In this document: positions 1 through 9,072 of the stretch, piece after piece
Layout of the letters: the number at the start of each line of letters is the position of its first letter
How positions within the stretch are numbered: position 1 is the first letter of the stretch
Source: Syntrophaceae bacterium
Lineage (GTDB): Bacteria > Desulfobacterota > Syntrophia > Syntrophales > Smithellaceae
NCBI GenBank assembly: GCA_018056765.1
Contig: JAGPFA010000003.1
Coordinates: 5,821 to 69,820, forward strand
DNA length: 64,000 nt
Direction: 5' to 3'
Notes under the pieces: generated by a model
The model's database searches: none
Seen by the model: the letters and a program-made list of their open reading frames with translations, nothing else
Told to the model about the DNA's origin: nothing
Made by a program: the position numbers and the translations under genes

Positions 1-149
1 TTGCCTCATTAAATTTCTCTTCTTGGTATATGTTTCCTTCCATGCTCGCTTCCCCCCCCTTATGGTAAATATTTTATGACCGGACACAGCCGGCCCTGAT
101 GATAGTCGGTATTTTCGTCTTGCAGCTCGGCAATTTTGCGACCCGAGTC

Positions 150-1535
150 TCATCCTTTTGCAAAAATATCCCAGTAGCCCTTGATGAAAACGAGGACGAT
201 AATCAGCGGCAATATATATGTCACATAAAATCTGGCACGGCGGGGAAACTTAACTCCCTTTCCCGTGTTGGCCTCCGCGATAAAGTTTTTCCAGCCCCAG
301 CCGTAGCGGCTTGTGCAAAACAAAAGGAAGATGAGTGATCCGACCGGGAGCAGTGTCGTGCTGAAAATGAAGTCTTCCAGATCAAGGATATTGGTGTTAG
401 CTCCCAGCGGCTGAAAACCGGAAAGCAAATTGAACCCCAGTACGCAAGGCACGGAAAGGAGCACAACCGCCGCGGCATTCAGCACAGAGGCTTTTTTGCG
501 GCTCCAGCCGTGGACGTCTATCCAGTAGCTGACGATGTTTTCAAATACCGCAATCACGGTGGTAAGAGCGGCAAAACTCAAAAAAACAAAAAAGATCGCG
601 CCCCACAGGCGCCCGCCGGCCATCTGATTGAAGATGTTGGGAAGGGTGACGAATATCAGACCGGGCCCGGCGCCGGGATTGACACCGAAGGCGAAGCAGG
701 CGGGAAAAATGATCATGCCGCTCATCAGCGCCACAAATGTGTCCAGGCCGATGATGCGCAAGGACTCACCCGGAAGGCTGCGTTCCTTTTTAGCGTAGCT
801 GCCGAAGATGGCGATGGCGCCGACGCCGAGGCTCAGCGTGAAAAAGGCCTGTCCCATCGCGGCAAAAATAACTTCTCCCGGCTTTGCGGCCAGCAGGCGG
901 CCAAAATCGGGAAGCAGATAAAATTTTATCCCTGCGCCGGCGCCGGGCAGGAAAACGGAATTGACGGCCAGCGCCAGCATCAGCACAAATAAAAGCATCA
1001 TCATGACCTTGCAGACCCGTTCGACTCCTTCGCGCAGGCCGATGCCGGTGATGAAAAAACTGGACACAACCGTAATTGCCATCCAGATAAGCATGGTCAC
1101 GTGGTCGGAAAGCAGGCCACCGAAAAAAGTGCCGACTCCGTCGGGAGTGAGGCCGGCAAAATCGCCCCTCAATGTAAAAAACACATACGCGAGAATCCAG
1201 CCGGTAACAGTGGTATAGAACATCATCAGCAAATAGTTTCCCGCGATGGCAAGATGGCCGTAGATGTGCCATTTTGTCCCGGCCGGCCCCAGGGTCTTCA
1301 TGGCCCTGCCGATATTTTGCCGGGCGGCCCGGCCGATCGCCAACTCCATGACCATTATCGGTGCGCCCAGAATGATGAGAAATACGAGGTAAATCAGCAC
1401 AAAGGCCGCTCCGCCGTATTTTCCGGCAATGAACGGAAAACGCCAGACATTCCCGAGCCCGATGGCGCAGCCGGCCGCCAGCAAAATAAAGCCAAGCCTG
1501 GTTCCCAGAGACTCACGCTGATTTTTATCACCCAT
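150..1535 (-). CDS. Neurotransmitter:sodium symporter (NSS/SNF) family transporter
   Basis: 461-aa ORF with ATG at 1535. N-terminal NSS signature GFILLAAGCAIGLGNVWRFPF. Many hydrophobic segments throughout. Confidence 0.9.
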   Translation of the reverse strand: MGDKNQRESLGTRLGFILLAAGCAIGLGNVWRFPFIAGKYGGAAFVLIYLVFLIILGAPIMVMELAIGRAARQNIGRAMKTLGPAGTKWHIYGHLAIAGNYLLMMFYTTVTGWILAYVFFTLRGDFAGLTPDGVGTFFGGLLSDHVTMLIWMAITVVSSFFITGIGLREGVERVCKVMMMLLFVLMLALAVNSVFLPGAGAGIKFYLLPDFGRLLAAKPGEVIFAAMGQAFFTLSLGVGAIAIFGSYAKKERSLPGESLRIIGLDTFVALMSGMIIFPACFAFGVNPGAGPGLIFVTLPNIFNQMAGGRLWGAIFFVFLSFAALTTVIAVFENIVSYWIDVHGWSRKKASVLNAAAVVLLSVPCVLGFNLLSGFQPLGANTNILDLEDFIFSTTLLPVGSLIFLLFCTSRYGWGWKNFIAEANTGKGVKFPRRARFYVTYILPLIIVLVFIKGYWDIFAKG

Positions 1536-1559
1536 AATTTTTCACCTTACAGTAGGACG

Positions 1560-1994
1560 GACACTCACTCAGCCTGCCAACCTCCCAATCCTCTACCCTC
1601 TCTTTATTACCGTTCGTGGTGAGCCTTTATTGCCGTTCATGCTGAGCCTGTCGAAGCATCGTTTCGCCTTTCGCCTTTGTCCTTTATCCTTAACCGCGAG
1701 CCATGAGCTATTTTCTCATTATTTTCTGGATACCGGCCTTCGCCGGTATGACGATGTTGACGGCTTTTGATGATTGCGACACAGTCTCCGGCGGAGGACA
1801 CGAAGGGTGCGCTTCGCGCTTTATTGCCGTTCATGCCCAGCTTTAATAACCGTTCGTGGTGAGCCTGTCGAACCATCCTTTAGCCTTTAGCCTTTAGCCT
1901 CTAGCCTCTACCCCTCAAATCATCTAAACTTCTAACCCTCTAATCCTCCGGTCGCTCGGCTTGCCGAAGTGTCCTTTATCCTTTCTCCTTTCGC
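1560..1994. repeat. Mosaic intergenic repeat cluster 1 (word repeats)
   Basis: Built from short words that recur elsewhere in the window: CCGTTCGTGGTGAGC, GCCGTTCATGCTGAGCCTGTCGAAGCATC, tandem CCTTTAGC units, CTAAACTTCTAACCCTCTAATCCTC. Also contains a ~95-nt unit TGGATACCGGCCTTCGCCGGTATGACGATGTTGACGGCTTTTGATGATTGCGACACAGTCTCCGGCG... that is repeated at ~8700-8785. Confidence 0.8.
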
Positions 1995-3944
1995 TCACAC
2001 ATCCCAGATGAAGATTGCACCGCTTGTCGGGAAGATCCATTCTTCATCCGGCATTTTGATACTGATTGATTTGTCTTTGATCGCCCGGACAGTGGCCAGC
2101 GGCTGGCGGCCGGCAAAGAAGCTTTCCGCCCGGACGTTTTTTAAATTGGCGTTTTCGTGGTTGAAGTTTATCTCCAACCCCCGTGTCGGATACAGCAGAT
2201 ACACTGGGAATGTCCGGTTGCTTTTGGCTTTTTTGGTCAGTATTTCAATTTCGAATTTGACCTCAGTGTTTAGTTTGCCCTTCAGGCTTTCGCTGCCGCA
2301 CCAGATCTCGTAGCCGCGATCGGTTTTTTTTGTTTCTATAACGGGGATGTCCTCGCCGTCGACACGCACTTTCTCCACGTTAAAATCTCTTTCAATGACC
2401 AGATCGCCGCCGCCGAGGATCCAGCGGTATTCGCACCGCTGGTCTTCAATCAGCGCGGCCAATTGACGGCTGTCGGAGGCGCAGCCGATCATGAATACAT
2501 CACTGCGGATGGTCTTTATGTATTCAACGTGGGTTTTCAGACTGAAATAGGCGCCGGCACGCCGTTTTTGCTCCACCGTTTCCGGCAGCGCCGAAATCGT
2601 GATGTCGTAACGGAAGCCGGAGCGCAGCTCCAGTTGATGGTCTTCTTTTCCAAACAGGGTTTCAAACATTTCATAGTAGATTGCATCACCCAGTTCCTCG
2701 CTGGTTCGTGCCTGCAGACAGTGGCGGATGATGTTGTCGATCCGCGCCAGCGATTTTTCTTCTCCCGGCACATAAATTCTGCGCAACCGCGGCTCCACCG
2801 CGTCCATTTCCCCTTTCTGCAGGAACACACGCGGGGCGCGTTTCCCCAGCGCACACAATATTTCGTAGCTGATGGTTCCCGCACGGGAGGCGATTTCATT
2901 GGCGCTGATATATTCGTCTTGCTGACGCCCCATGAGCACCACTTCGTCGCCTGGCTCGCATTGGGGTATATGCGTGACATCAAGCGTCAACATATCCATG
3001 GACACACGCCCGATTACCGGAGCACGCCGGCCCCGGATGAGAGCCTCGCCGCGGTTGGACATGACAAATGGATAGCCGTCCCCGTAGCCGACCGGAATGG
3101 TCGCCACGCGCGTTTTTTTTGTGGTAACATAGGTGCGGTTATAGCCGATGCCGTAGCCGGAGGGAAAGTCCTTGATGAGGGCGATGGTTGTCTTAAACGA
3201 CATGACCGGTGCCAGCAGGGCCTTATTTTTAGTCTCTTCCGAAGGATAGATACCGTAGGTCATAATGCCGGGCCGGGTCATTTCCAGCTCCAGGCCGGGA
3301 TAGTTAAGTATCGCGCCGCTGTTGTCCATGTGACGGATGGGGATATGTATCCCCTGACGCTGGAGCTCGGTGAGCAACTCCGAAAAGAGCCGCCACTGCT
3401 CGTCATTGTATCCACTGATCGTCTCACTGGCGGCCAGGTGACTGAACAGTCCCTCCAGGATGAGGTGCGGCATGCTCATGATTTGACGGATCAGGCCTAG
3501 AGCTTCGGTATGCATTGTACCACCACGCCCCATCCCCGTGTCCACCTCCACATGTACAGGCAGACTGCGGCCTGCTTTGGCGAGCTGTTCCTCAAGGATG
3601 GCGGCAAACTTCATGTCGGAAACGGACGGCGTGAGGTGATATTTAATGATGTCGGCAAGCTCTGCCCCTGTGGACGGACCTAAAATAATCACCGGGGCTT
3701 CGATGCCGCCGACACGCAGCTGAATGCCTTCATCGGCGTTGGCCACGCCCAGCATGCGCGCTCCTTCACGCAGGGCGGCGCGCGATATTTCTATGGCGCC
3801 GTGCCCGTAGGCATCGGCCTTGACGGTCTGCATGATGGCAGCATTGCCGCCAATCAGCCTTTTGATTTCACGAAGGTTGGCGGTGAAGTTATCCAGATCC
3901 ACCTCCACCCAACTTCGGTATTTCTGTTCGTTCTTAAGGGACAT
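1995..3944 (-). CDS. alr: Alanine racemase fused to an uncharacterised ~270-aa C-terminal domain
   Basis: 649-aa ORF. The N-terminal ~375 aa carry alanine racemase motifs: VKADAYGHGA (PLP lysine), PVGYGDGYP, VSMDMLTLDV. The remaining ~270 aa carry no motif I recognise. Confidence 0.85.
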   Translation of the reverse strand: MSLKNEQKYRSWVEVDLDNFTANLREIKRLIGGNAAIMQTVKADAYGHGAIEISRAALREGARMLGVANADEGIQLRVGGIEAPVIILGPSTGAELADIIKYHLTPSVSDMKFAAILEEQLAKAGRSLPVHVEVDTGMGRGGTMHTEALGLIRQIMSMPHLILEGLFSHLAASETISGYNDEQWRLFSELLTELQRQGIHIPIRHMDNSGAILNYPGLELEMTRPGIMTYGIYPSEETKNKALLAPVMSFKTTIALIKDFPSGYGIGYNRTYVTTKKTRVATIPVGYGDGYPFVMSNRGEALIRGRRAPVIGRVSMDMLTLDVTHIPQCEPGDEVVLMGRQQDEYISANEIASRAGTISYEILCALGKRAPRVFLQKGEMDAVEPRLRRIYVPGEEKSLARIDNIIRHCLQARTSEELGDAIYYEMFETLFGKEDHQLELRSGFRYDITISALPETVEQKRRAGAYFSLKTHVEYIKTIRSDVFMIGCASDSRQLAALIEDQRCEYRWILGGGDLVIERDFNVEKVRVDGEDIPVIETKKTDRGYEIWCGSESLKGKLNTEVKFEIEILTKKAKSNRTFPVYLLYPTRGLEINFNHENANLKNVRAESFFAGRQPLATVRAIKDKSISIKMPDEEWIFPTSGAIFIWDV

Positions 3945-4208
3945 ATTTGTATAATCCTGTCGGAAGAAGAACCGGTACTCTGTCCTGTGGAAAAAACAAT
4001 ATCAGACCGGCCGACAATGTCAAGATGTCCTTTCCCCGAGCACGCCGCCGCGGTGCCCATATAGTTTGTGCACGGTCCGGCCCGGCCGCAGACACGAAGA
4101 AATAAAAAGTAAATCAAGCTTGAAAGATAAAATAATTTAACTTAAAATCGCCGTTAACGACGTGGAAAACGGATGCAGGAGTCCATCAATAACGAGGAGG
4201 TAGAGCTC

Positions 4209-4478
4209 ATGCCCAAAGTAAAGCCCGGAGACGTCTTGAGTTGTGAAGTATGCGGCCTTTCAGTCATTATCGATGAAGATTGCGGCTACGCAATGGCCGA
4301 AATTATTTGCTGCGATGAAATAATGGAAAACAAGGGGCCCAAACCGGCCAAAAAAGCCGCCCCCGCACCGAAGAAAAAAGCGGAGGCCAAAAAGGCCAAG
4401 CCGGCCGCGACAAAGAAGCCTGCACCAAAAAAAGAAGCTCCCCCCAAAACGGCAAAAAAGAAGGCCTCCGCAAAATAG
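4209..4478 (+). CDS. Small desulforedoxin-like Cys4 domain protein with Lys/Ala/Pro-rich histone-H1-like tail
   Basis: ATG at 4209 is preceded by GAGGAGG (4194-4200). GDVLSCEVCG...IICCDEIM matches the desulforedoxin pattern GDVYKCELCG...VCCGEDM (CxxC plus adjacent CC). The C-terminal ~48 aa are KKAAPAPKKKAEAKKAKPAATKKPAPKK-type repeats. Confidence 0.55.
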   Translation: MPKVKPGDVLSCEVCGLSVIIDEDCGYAMAEIICCDEIMENKGPKPAKKAAPAPKKKAEAKKAKPAATKKPAPKKEAPPKTAKKKASAK

Positions 4479-4505
4479 GCCGCACGATATCCAAAACAAT
4501 CTGCG

Positions 4506-4528
4506 GCTGTCGGGGTTACCCCGGCAGC
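4506..4528. terminator. Candidate bidirectional hairpin between convergent genes
   Basis: GCTGTCGGGG-tta-CCCCGGCAGC gives a 10-bp stem (one G-U) between the stop at 4478 (+) and the stop at 4573 (-). There is no clean T-run. Confidence 0.4.
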
Positions 4529-4572
4529 CGGCATTGAAATAATGGCCGAGCGCAAGGGCCGCTGCCGACAGG

Positions 4573-6105
4573 TTATCTTTTCTTCCCCAGCAGTGATCCG
4601 AGCACACCGCGGACGATTTCCCGCCCGACGGAGGAGCCGATGGTGCGGGCAAGGCTTTTGGCGGAGGCCTGAACAAGGCCGTCCGTCTTCCCGCCACGCG
4701 GCCCGGTACGTCCGAAAAGTATATCATTTAAACCACCGGCGATGCCGCCGGACGGCTGGCCCGCACTTTGCGCAGGCGGCTGGCCCGCTCCTTTCGGCGC
4801 GGCTGCAGCGGCCGGGGTTTCAGTTCTTTGAGCGGCAGCACGCAGCATTTCATAGGCGGATTCGCGGTCAAGCTCTTTTTCGTAGTACCCGAACACGGGG
4901 GAACGCCTGATGGCAGCGGATCTTTCCTGGTCGGTCAAGACTCCCAGGCGCGAGTTGGGAGCAATCACAAAAGACCGCTCCACCTGCGCCGGTCTGCCCT
5001 TTTCATCGAGAAAAGAAATCAGCGCCTCGCCGACGCCCAGTTCGGTAATCGCGGCGGCGGCGTCAAAATCCGGATTGGCGCGCATGGTTTCCGCCGCGGT
5101 TTTCACCGCCTTCTGGTCGCGGGGCGTGAAGGCGCGCAGGGCGTGCTGCACCCGGTTACCCAGTTGCGCGAGCACCGTCTCCGGAATATCAAGCGGGTTT
5201 TGCGTGACAAAATAAACTCCCACTCCCTTGGAGCGTATCAGGCGTACGACCTGCTCGATTTTTTCCAGAAGCGCCCGCGGGGCATCGTTGAACAGCAGAT
5301 GAGCCTCATCGAAGAAGAATATCAACTTCGGCTTTTCCAGATCCCCCACTTCCGGTAACTGCTCAAAAAGCTCGGAGAGCATCCACAGCAGGAATGTGGA
5401 GTACAGCTTCGGACTGTTGTAGAGCCTCTCGGCGGAGAGCACATTGAGCACACCGCGGCCTTCGCTGTCGGTCTGCATCAGGTCTGCGATGTTGAGCATC
5501 GGCTCGCCGAAAAACTTGTTTCCACCCTGCTCCTCGATCGTGAGAAGTCCCCGCTGGATGGCGCCTACCGATGCGGTGGAAATGTTGCCGTACTCGGTGG
5601 TGAATTGCCGGGCATTGTCGCCCACAAATTGCACCATCGCCCGCAGGTCTTTGAGATCCAAAAGAAGCAGGCCGTTGTCATCGGCAATTTTAAAGACCAG
5701 CGTCAGGACACCTGTCTGGGTGTCGTTGAGATTGAGCAGCCTCGCCAGCAGAAGCGGACCCATATCCGAGATGGTGGCGCGCACCGGATGCCCCTTTTCG
5801 CCGAAGACATCCCAGAAAACAGCCGTGTTCGCGCGCGGCTGAAAATCACTGATGCCGATGGAGGCAAGCCTGTTTAGTAACTTCTCGGAGGCGACGCCCG
5901 CCGCACCGATGCCGGAGAGGTCTCCTTTGACATCGGCCATAAAAACCGGAGTCCCGATCGACGAGAAGGCTTCCGCCATTTTCTGAAGTGTGACGGTTTT
6001 CCCGGTGCCGGTAGCGCCGGTAATCAGCCCGTGGCGGTTGGCCATATTCGGCAGAAGAACAATTTCCTCTCCCCGGGACATCGCGATGACAAGTGGTGCA
6101 CTCAT
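4573..6105 (-). CDS. HerA-like/DUF853 (YjgR-type) P-loop ATPase
   Basis: 510-aa ORF. Walker A GATGTGKT near the N-terminus and Walker [13 protein letters not shown]. Overall resemblance to the YjgR/DUF853 family. Confidence 0.8.
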   Translation of the reverse strand: MSAPLVIAMSRGEEIVLLPNMANRHGLITGATGTGKTVTLQKMAEAFSSIGTPVFMADVKGDLSGIGAAGVASEKLLNRLASIGISDFQPRANTAVFWDVFGEKGHPVRATISDMGPLLLARLLNLNDTQTGVLTLVFKIADDNGLLLLDLKDLRAMVQFVGDNARQFTTEYGNISTASVGAIQRGLLTIEEQGGNKFFGEPMLNIADLMQTDSEGRGVLNVLSAERLYNSPKLYSTFLLWMLSELFEQLPEVGDLEKPKLIFFFDEAHLLFNDAPRALLEKIEQVVRLIRSKGVGVYFVTQNPLDIPETVLAQLGNRVQHALRAFTPRDQKAVKTAAETMRANPDFDAAAAITELGVGEALISFLDEKGRPAQVERSFVIAPNSRLGVLTDQERSAAIRRSPVFGYYEKELDRESAYEMLRAAAQRTETPAAAAAPKGAGQPPAQSAGQPSGGIAGGLNDILFGRTGPRGGKTDGLVQASAKSLARTIGSSVGREIVRGVLGSLLGKKR

Positions 6106-6202
6106 GATATCTCCTTTTGACCGGCCGGAGGCCGGTCGCTATTATCTTTACAGCAGTCGCCAAACATTAAAAGGAAGTGGCACAGATGTCAATCACGAAA
6201 AA

Positions 6203-6560
6203 AACCGTTCATCTAATCCGCTGACTCTCCACCTCCGGCCCGCTAAAGCAGGCCACCTCCGCCGGCGGAGGACACGACGGTTGCGCTTCGCGGTTTTATA
6301 ACCGTTCGTGGTGAGCTTTTACTGACCGTTCGTGGTGAGCCTGTCGAACCATGAACGGTTATCTTTTCTGATAGCTTGCCGCTCATCCTTCGACAGGCTC
6401 AGGACGAGCGGGGGTTTTTAATACGTTGCCGTTGATCCACGAACTACCAGCCACGAGCCACGAGCTATGAGCTAATCCTCTAACCCTCAAATCATCTAAA
6501 CTTCCAATCCTCTAAACTTCTAATCATCTAATCTGCTGACTCTCCACCTCCGCCGCCCCG
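6203..6560. repeat. Mosaic intergenic repeat cluster 2
   Basis: Contains the same words as cluster 1: CCGTTCGTGGTGAGC three times, CCAGCCACGAGCTATGAGCTAATCCTCTAA, CTAAACTTC. Bounded by near-identical 30-nt direct copies TCATCTAATC(C/T)GCTGACTCTCCACCTCCG at 6209 and 6524. Includes an 11-bp hairpin at 6326-6358. Confidence 0.8.
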
Positions 6561-8410
6561 GTCACCCTGCGCAGGGCTTTTGTCAGTTCGTTTACGGTGT
6601 AAGGCTTCATCAGTACTTCCCTGACCCCCATCATAACGGCATTCTGAGCCGGGTCATGCTCAATGTAGCCGGAGCAGAGGATGACAGGGATGTCAGGCCT
6701 GATGTTTAGAATTTCGCGGGCGAGTTTGTCTCCTGTGAGACCGGGCATACTCATATCCGTGATGACCGCGTGAAACATGCCGGGATTTTCTTTGAATGCC
6801 TCAAGAGCCTCCAGACTGTCTGTTTTGGTAATGACATGATAGCCCAACTCTGAAAGCAATTGCTTGTAGGAATCAACCAGCATTGGTTCGTCATCGACAT
6901 AAAGCAGAGTTTCCAAAACTCCTGCCGCCGGCCTGTCTGCAACGATTTCTTCTCCGGGAAGCGCGGTTTCTGAGCACGGCAAATCGGGAAGCAGCGGCAG
7001 GTAGACATGAAAAGTTGTTCCGCTGCCCGGTTTGCTGCGGCAAACGATCGCGCCGCCGTGGCTTTTCACAATGCCGTGCACAACGGAAAGCCCCAGACCA
7101 GTACCTGCGCCCTTATCTTTTGTTGTGAAATAAGGCTCAAATATTCTTTCGGCAATGTCCCGGCTCATACCCGTCCCCGAGTCGCTTACGCTGAGGGCTG
7201 CATAATCTCCGGGAATCAAGTTAAGTTCATTTGCCTGTTGCGAGGAAAGAGAAACAGGCTTCACTTCGACACTCAACTTGCCTCCGTCCGTGCCAATGGC
7301 ATGCATCGCGTTGGTCAGCAGATTTATAAGGATCTGATGGACGAACGTCGTATTTGAGATAACGTGACAGTGGCCGGACAGACTGGTCTTCAACTCGACG
7401 TTGGCCGGAACCAGCTCGCGAAGCATTTGAAGGGTCTCAGAAACACTTTCGGTAAAATTCAAAGGATGGCGCGATGTTTCAGTTTTCCGGCTGAACAGGA
7501 GTATGCGCTGAATCAGCGCTTTTGCCCTCTGCGCCGCCTGCAACAGTTGTTCCGCATTGCGATACGACAGGCGGCTCAGAGAAGAATCAGCCTGGACGAG
7601 CTGACCATACCCGACAATGGCCGACAGAATATTGTTGAAATCATGGGCAATGCCGCCGGCGAGCGCGCCGAGTGCTTCCATTTTCTGCGCCTGCACCAGA
7701 TCCGCACGCAGACGTACGTTTTCCTCCTCCGCTCTGATGCGCTCGGCTATTTCTGCTTCCAGGCGCCGGTTACTTACGAGCAATACCTTGCTTTCATCTT
7801 CCAGCCTGCGCCTCAAATTCTTCTCCTGCGTCAACAGTAAATCCATGCGGTTGAGCAAAAAACCCACTGGGATACTGGAGAGTAGAGACAAAAGGGACAG
7901 ATTCACGCAAAAATTGACCCATTTGGCAAGCGGCTCCTGATGCGGCAGGCTCCAGGCAGGCAGATATGGAGCGGCAAAGAGATATAACACCATGAGAATG
8001 GCGGCATTGACAAAGGTTGTGACAATGGCGAGACGCACGCCAAACAGAAAAGCGGCGCTGACGACACACATCACCAGCCAGGCCGGCCTCACCTGATAGG
8101 GGCCTAAAACAACAAGGAAGGTCAGAGACAACCCGTAAATCACCAGGAAGAATGTTTTTATAGGCGGGATGCGGCGTATGAAAAAAAGAGCCATCGTGAT
8201 GGCCAGCGCAGCCGCAGCGCCGAATACGATCAGCATATAGGTGTGCTCGGCTATATACACTGGAATGGCAAAGGCAAAACCGACGGGAAATGCGGCCATA
8301 CCCAGGAGAAACATCAGCCGGATATAGTATTTCCGCCAGCCATCAAGGTCTTTGATCTTCCCGAGTTTTCTCCCGGGTAAAATTTTTAACACCCGCCTGA
8401 CGATACCCAT
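6524..8410 (-). CDS. Hybrid sensor histidine kinase (membrane sensor, HisKA, HATPase_c, C-terminal receiver)
   Basis: The N-terminal ~190 aa are hydrophobic. H-box GIAHDFNNILSAI, G-box GTGLGLSVV, receiver VITDMSMPGLTG. ATG at 8410 has an AGGAG Shine-Dalgarno; the listed TTG at 8434 is less likely. Confidence 0.85.
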   Translation of the reverse strand: MGIVRRVLKILPGRKLGKIKDLDGWRKYYIRLMFLLGMAAFPVGFAFAIPVYIAEHTYMLIVFGAAAALAITMALFFIRRIPPIKTFFLVIYGLSLTFLVVLGPYQVRPAWLVMCVVSAAFLFGVRLAIVTTFVNAAILMVLYLFAAPYLPAWSLPHQEPLAKWVNFCVNLSLLSLLSSIPVGFLLNRMDLLLTQEKNLRRRLEDESKVLLVSNRRLEAEIAERIRAEEENVRLRADLVQAQKMEALGALAGGIAHDFNNILSAIVGYGQLVQADSSLSRLSYRNAEQLLQAAQRAKALIQRILLFSRKTETSRHPLNFTESVSETLQMLRELVPANVELKTSLSGHCHVISNTTFVHQILINLLTNAMHAIGTDGGKLSVEVKPVSLSSQQANELNLIPGDYAALSVSDSGTGMSRDIAERIFEPYFTTKDKGAGTGLGLSVVHGIVKSHGGAIVCRSKPGSGTTFHVYLPLLPDLPCSETALPGEEIVADRPAAGVLETLLYVDDEPMLVDSYKQLLSELGYHVITKTDSLEALEAFKENPGMFHAVITDMSMPGLTGDKLAREILNIRPDIPVILCSGYIEHDPAQNAVMMGVREVLMKPYTVNELTKALRRVTGAAEVESQQIR

Positions 8411-8589
8411 GTGCAACTCCTGCAGTAAAAACAACCGGTGCTCATAGGGAGAGAAATACTGCTACATCAGATTCTGGATTATAAGAAAGCTCTATTTGTG
8501 TGTCAATGCAAAAACAGACCTCTGCCTGCCTTCAACAAACTTATCATAAACAAGTATCCGGGTAAGAAAACAGAGTTAACCAACGACAA

Positions 8590-8960
8590 GCTGCCAGCCA
8601 CGAGCTATGAGCTAATCCTCTAATCCTCTTCTGACTACAAGCCATGAGCTATTTGCTCATTATTTACTGGATACCGGCCCCCCGATTTCGCGCGGGCAGG
8701 CCTTCGCCGGTATGACGATGTTGACGGCTTTTGATGATTGCGACACAGTCTCCGGCGTGGGACACGAAGGGTGCGCTTCGCGCTCTAATACCCGTTCGTG
8801 GTGAGCTCTTATTGCCGTTCATGCTGAGCTTTTACTGCCCGTTCGTGGTGAGCTTTTAATACCCGTTCGTGGTGAGCCTGTCGAACCATCCTTTAGCCTT
8901 TATCCTTTAGCCTTTGGCCTTTGGCCTTTAGCCTTTAGCCTCAGCCACAAGCTATCCACC
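8590..8960. repeat. Mosaic intergenic repeat cluster 3
   Basis: CCAGCCACGAGCTATGAGCTAATCCTCTAA, the ~95-nt TGGATACCGG...GCGCTTCGCGC unit, four CCGTTCGTGGTGAGC/CCGTTCATGCTGAGC words and a run of CCTTTAGC units. Confidence 0.8.
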
Positions 8961-8984
8961 ATCTTCCATTCCCCGTTTCGCCGC

Positions 8985-9013
8985 TTGCAAAGCTTTTTTT
9001 AAAAGCTTATAAA
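8985..9013 (+). promoter_or_regulatory. Candidate sigma70 promoter of the SDR/CoA-transferase operon, with a palindromic spacer
   Basis: TTGCAA (8985-8990), 17-nt spacer, TATAAA (9008-9013), about 60 nt upstream of the ATG at 9073. The spacer holds the palindrome AAGCTTTT-ttt-AAAAGCTT (8990-9008). Confidence 0.45.
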
Positions 9014-9072
9014 AGAATCCGTGCGCATTGAAAATATCAGTTACAGTTTTTACCGAAAAGGAGGGAAAGGTT

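Noticed and set aside
1-43. The possible 5' end of a leftward gene (ATG at 43-41 preceded by a G-rich Shine-Dalgarno, reading MEGNIYQEEKFNEA off the window edge).
   Set aside because: Only 14 codons are visible, which is too little to support a feature call.
1637-1876. Small ORFs inside the repeat clusters (1637-1876, 8438-8623, 6191-6301 region, 53034-53246).
   Set aside because: They are translations of the mosaic repeat words. They lack Shine-Dalgarno sequences and their 'peptides' change with word order, so they are not genes.
8590-8960. The possibility that the repeat clusters are CRISPR arrays.
   Set aside because: There is no constant-length direct repeat alternating with unique spacers. 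The units are heterogeneous words of 8-95 nt in variable order, and no cas genes are present.
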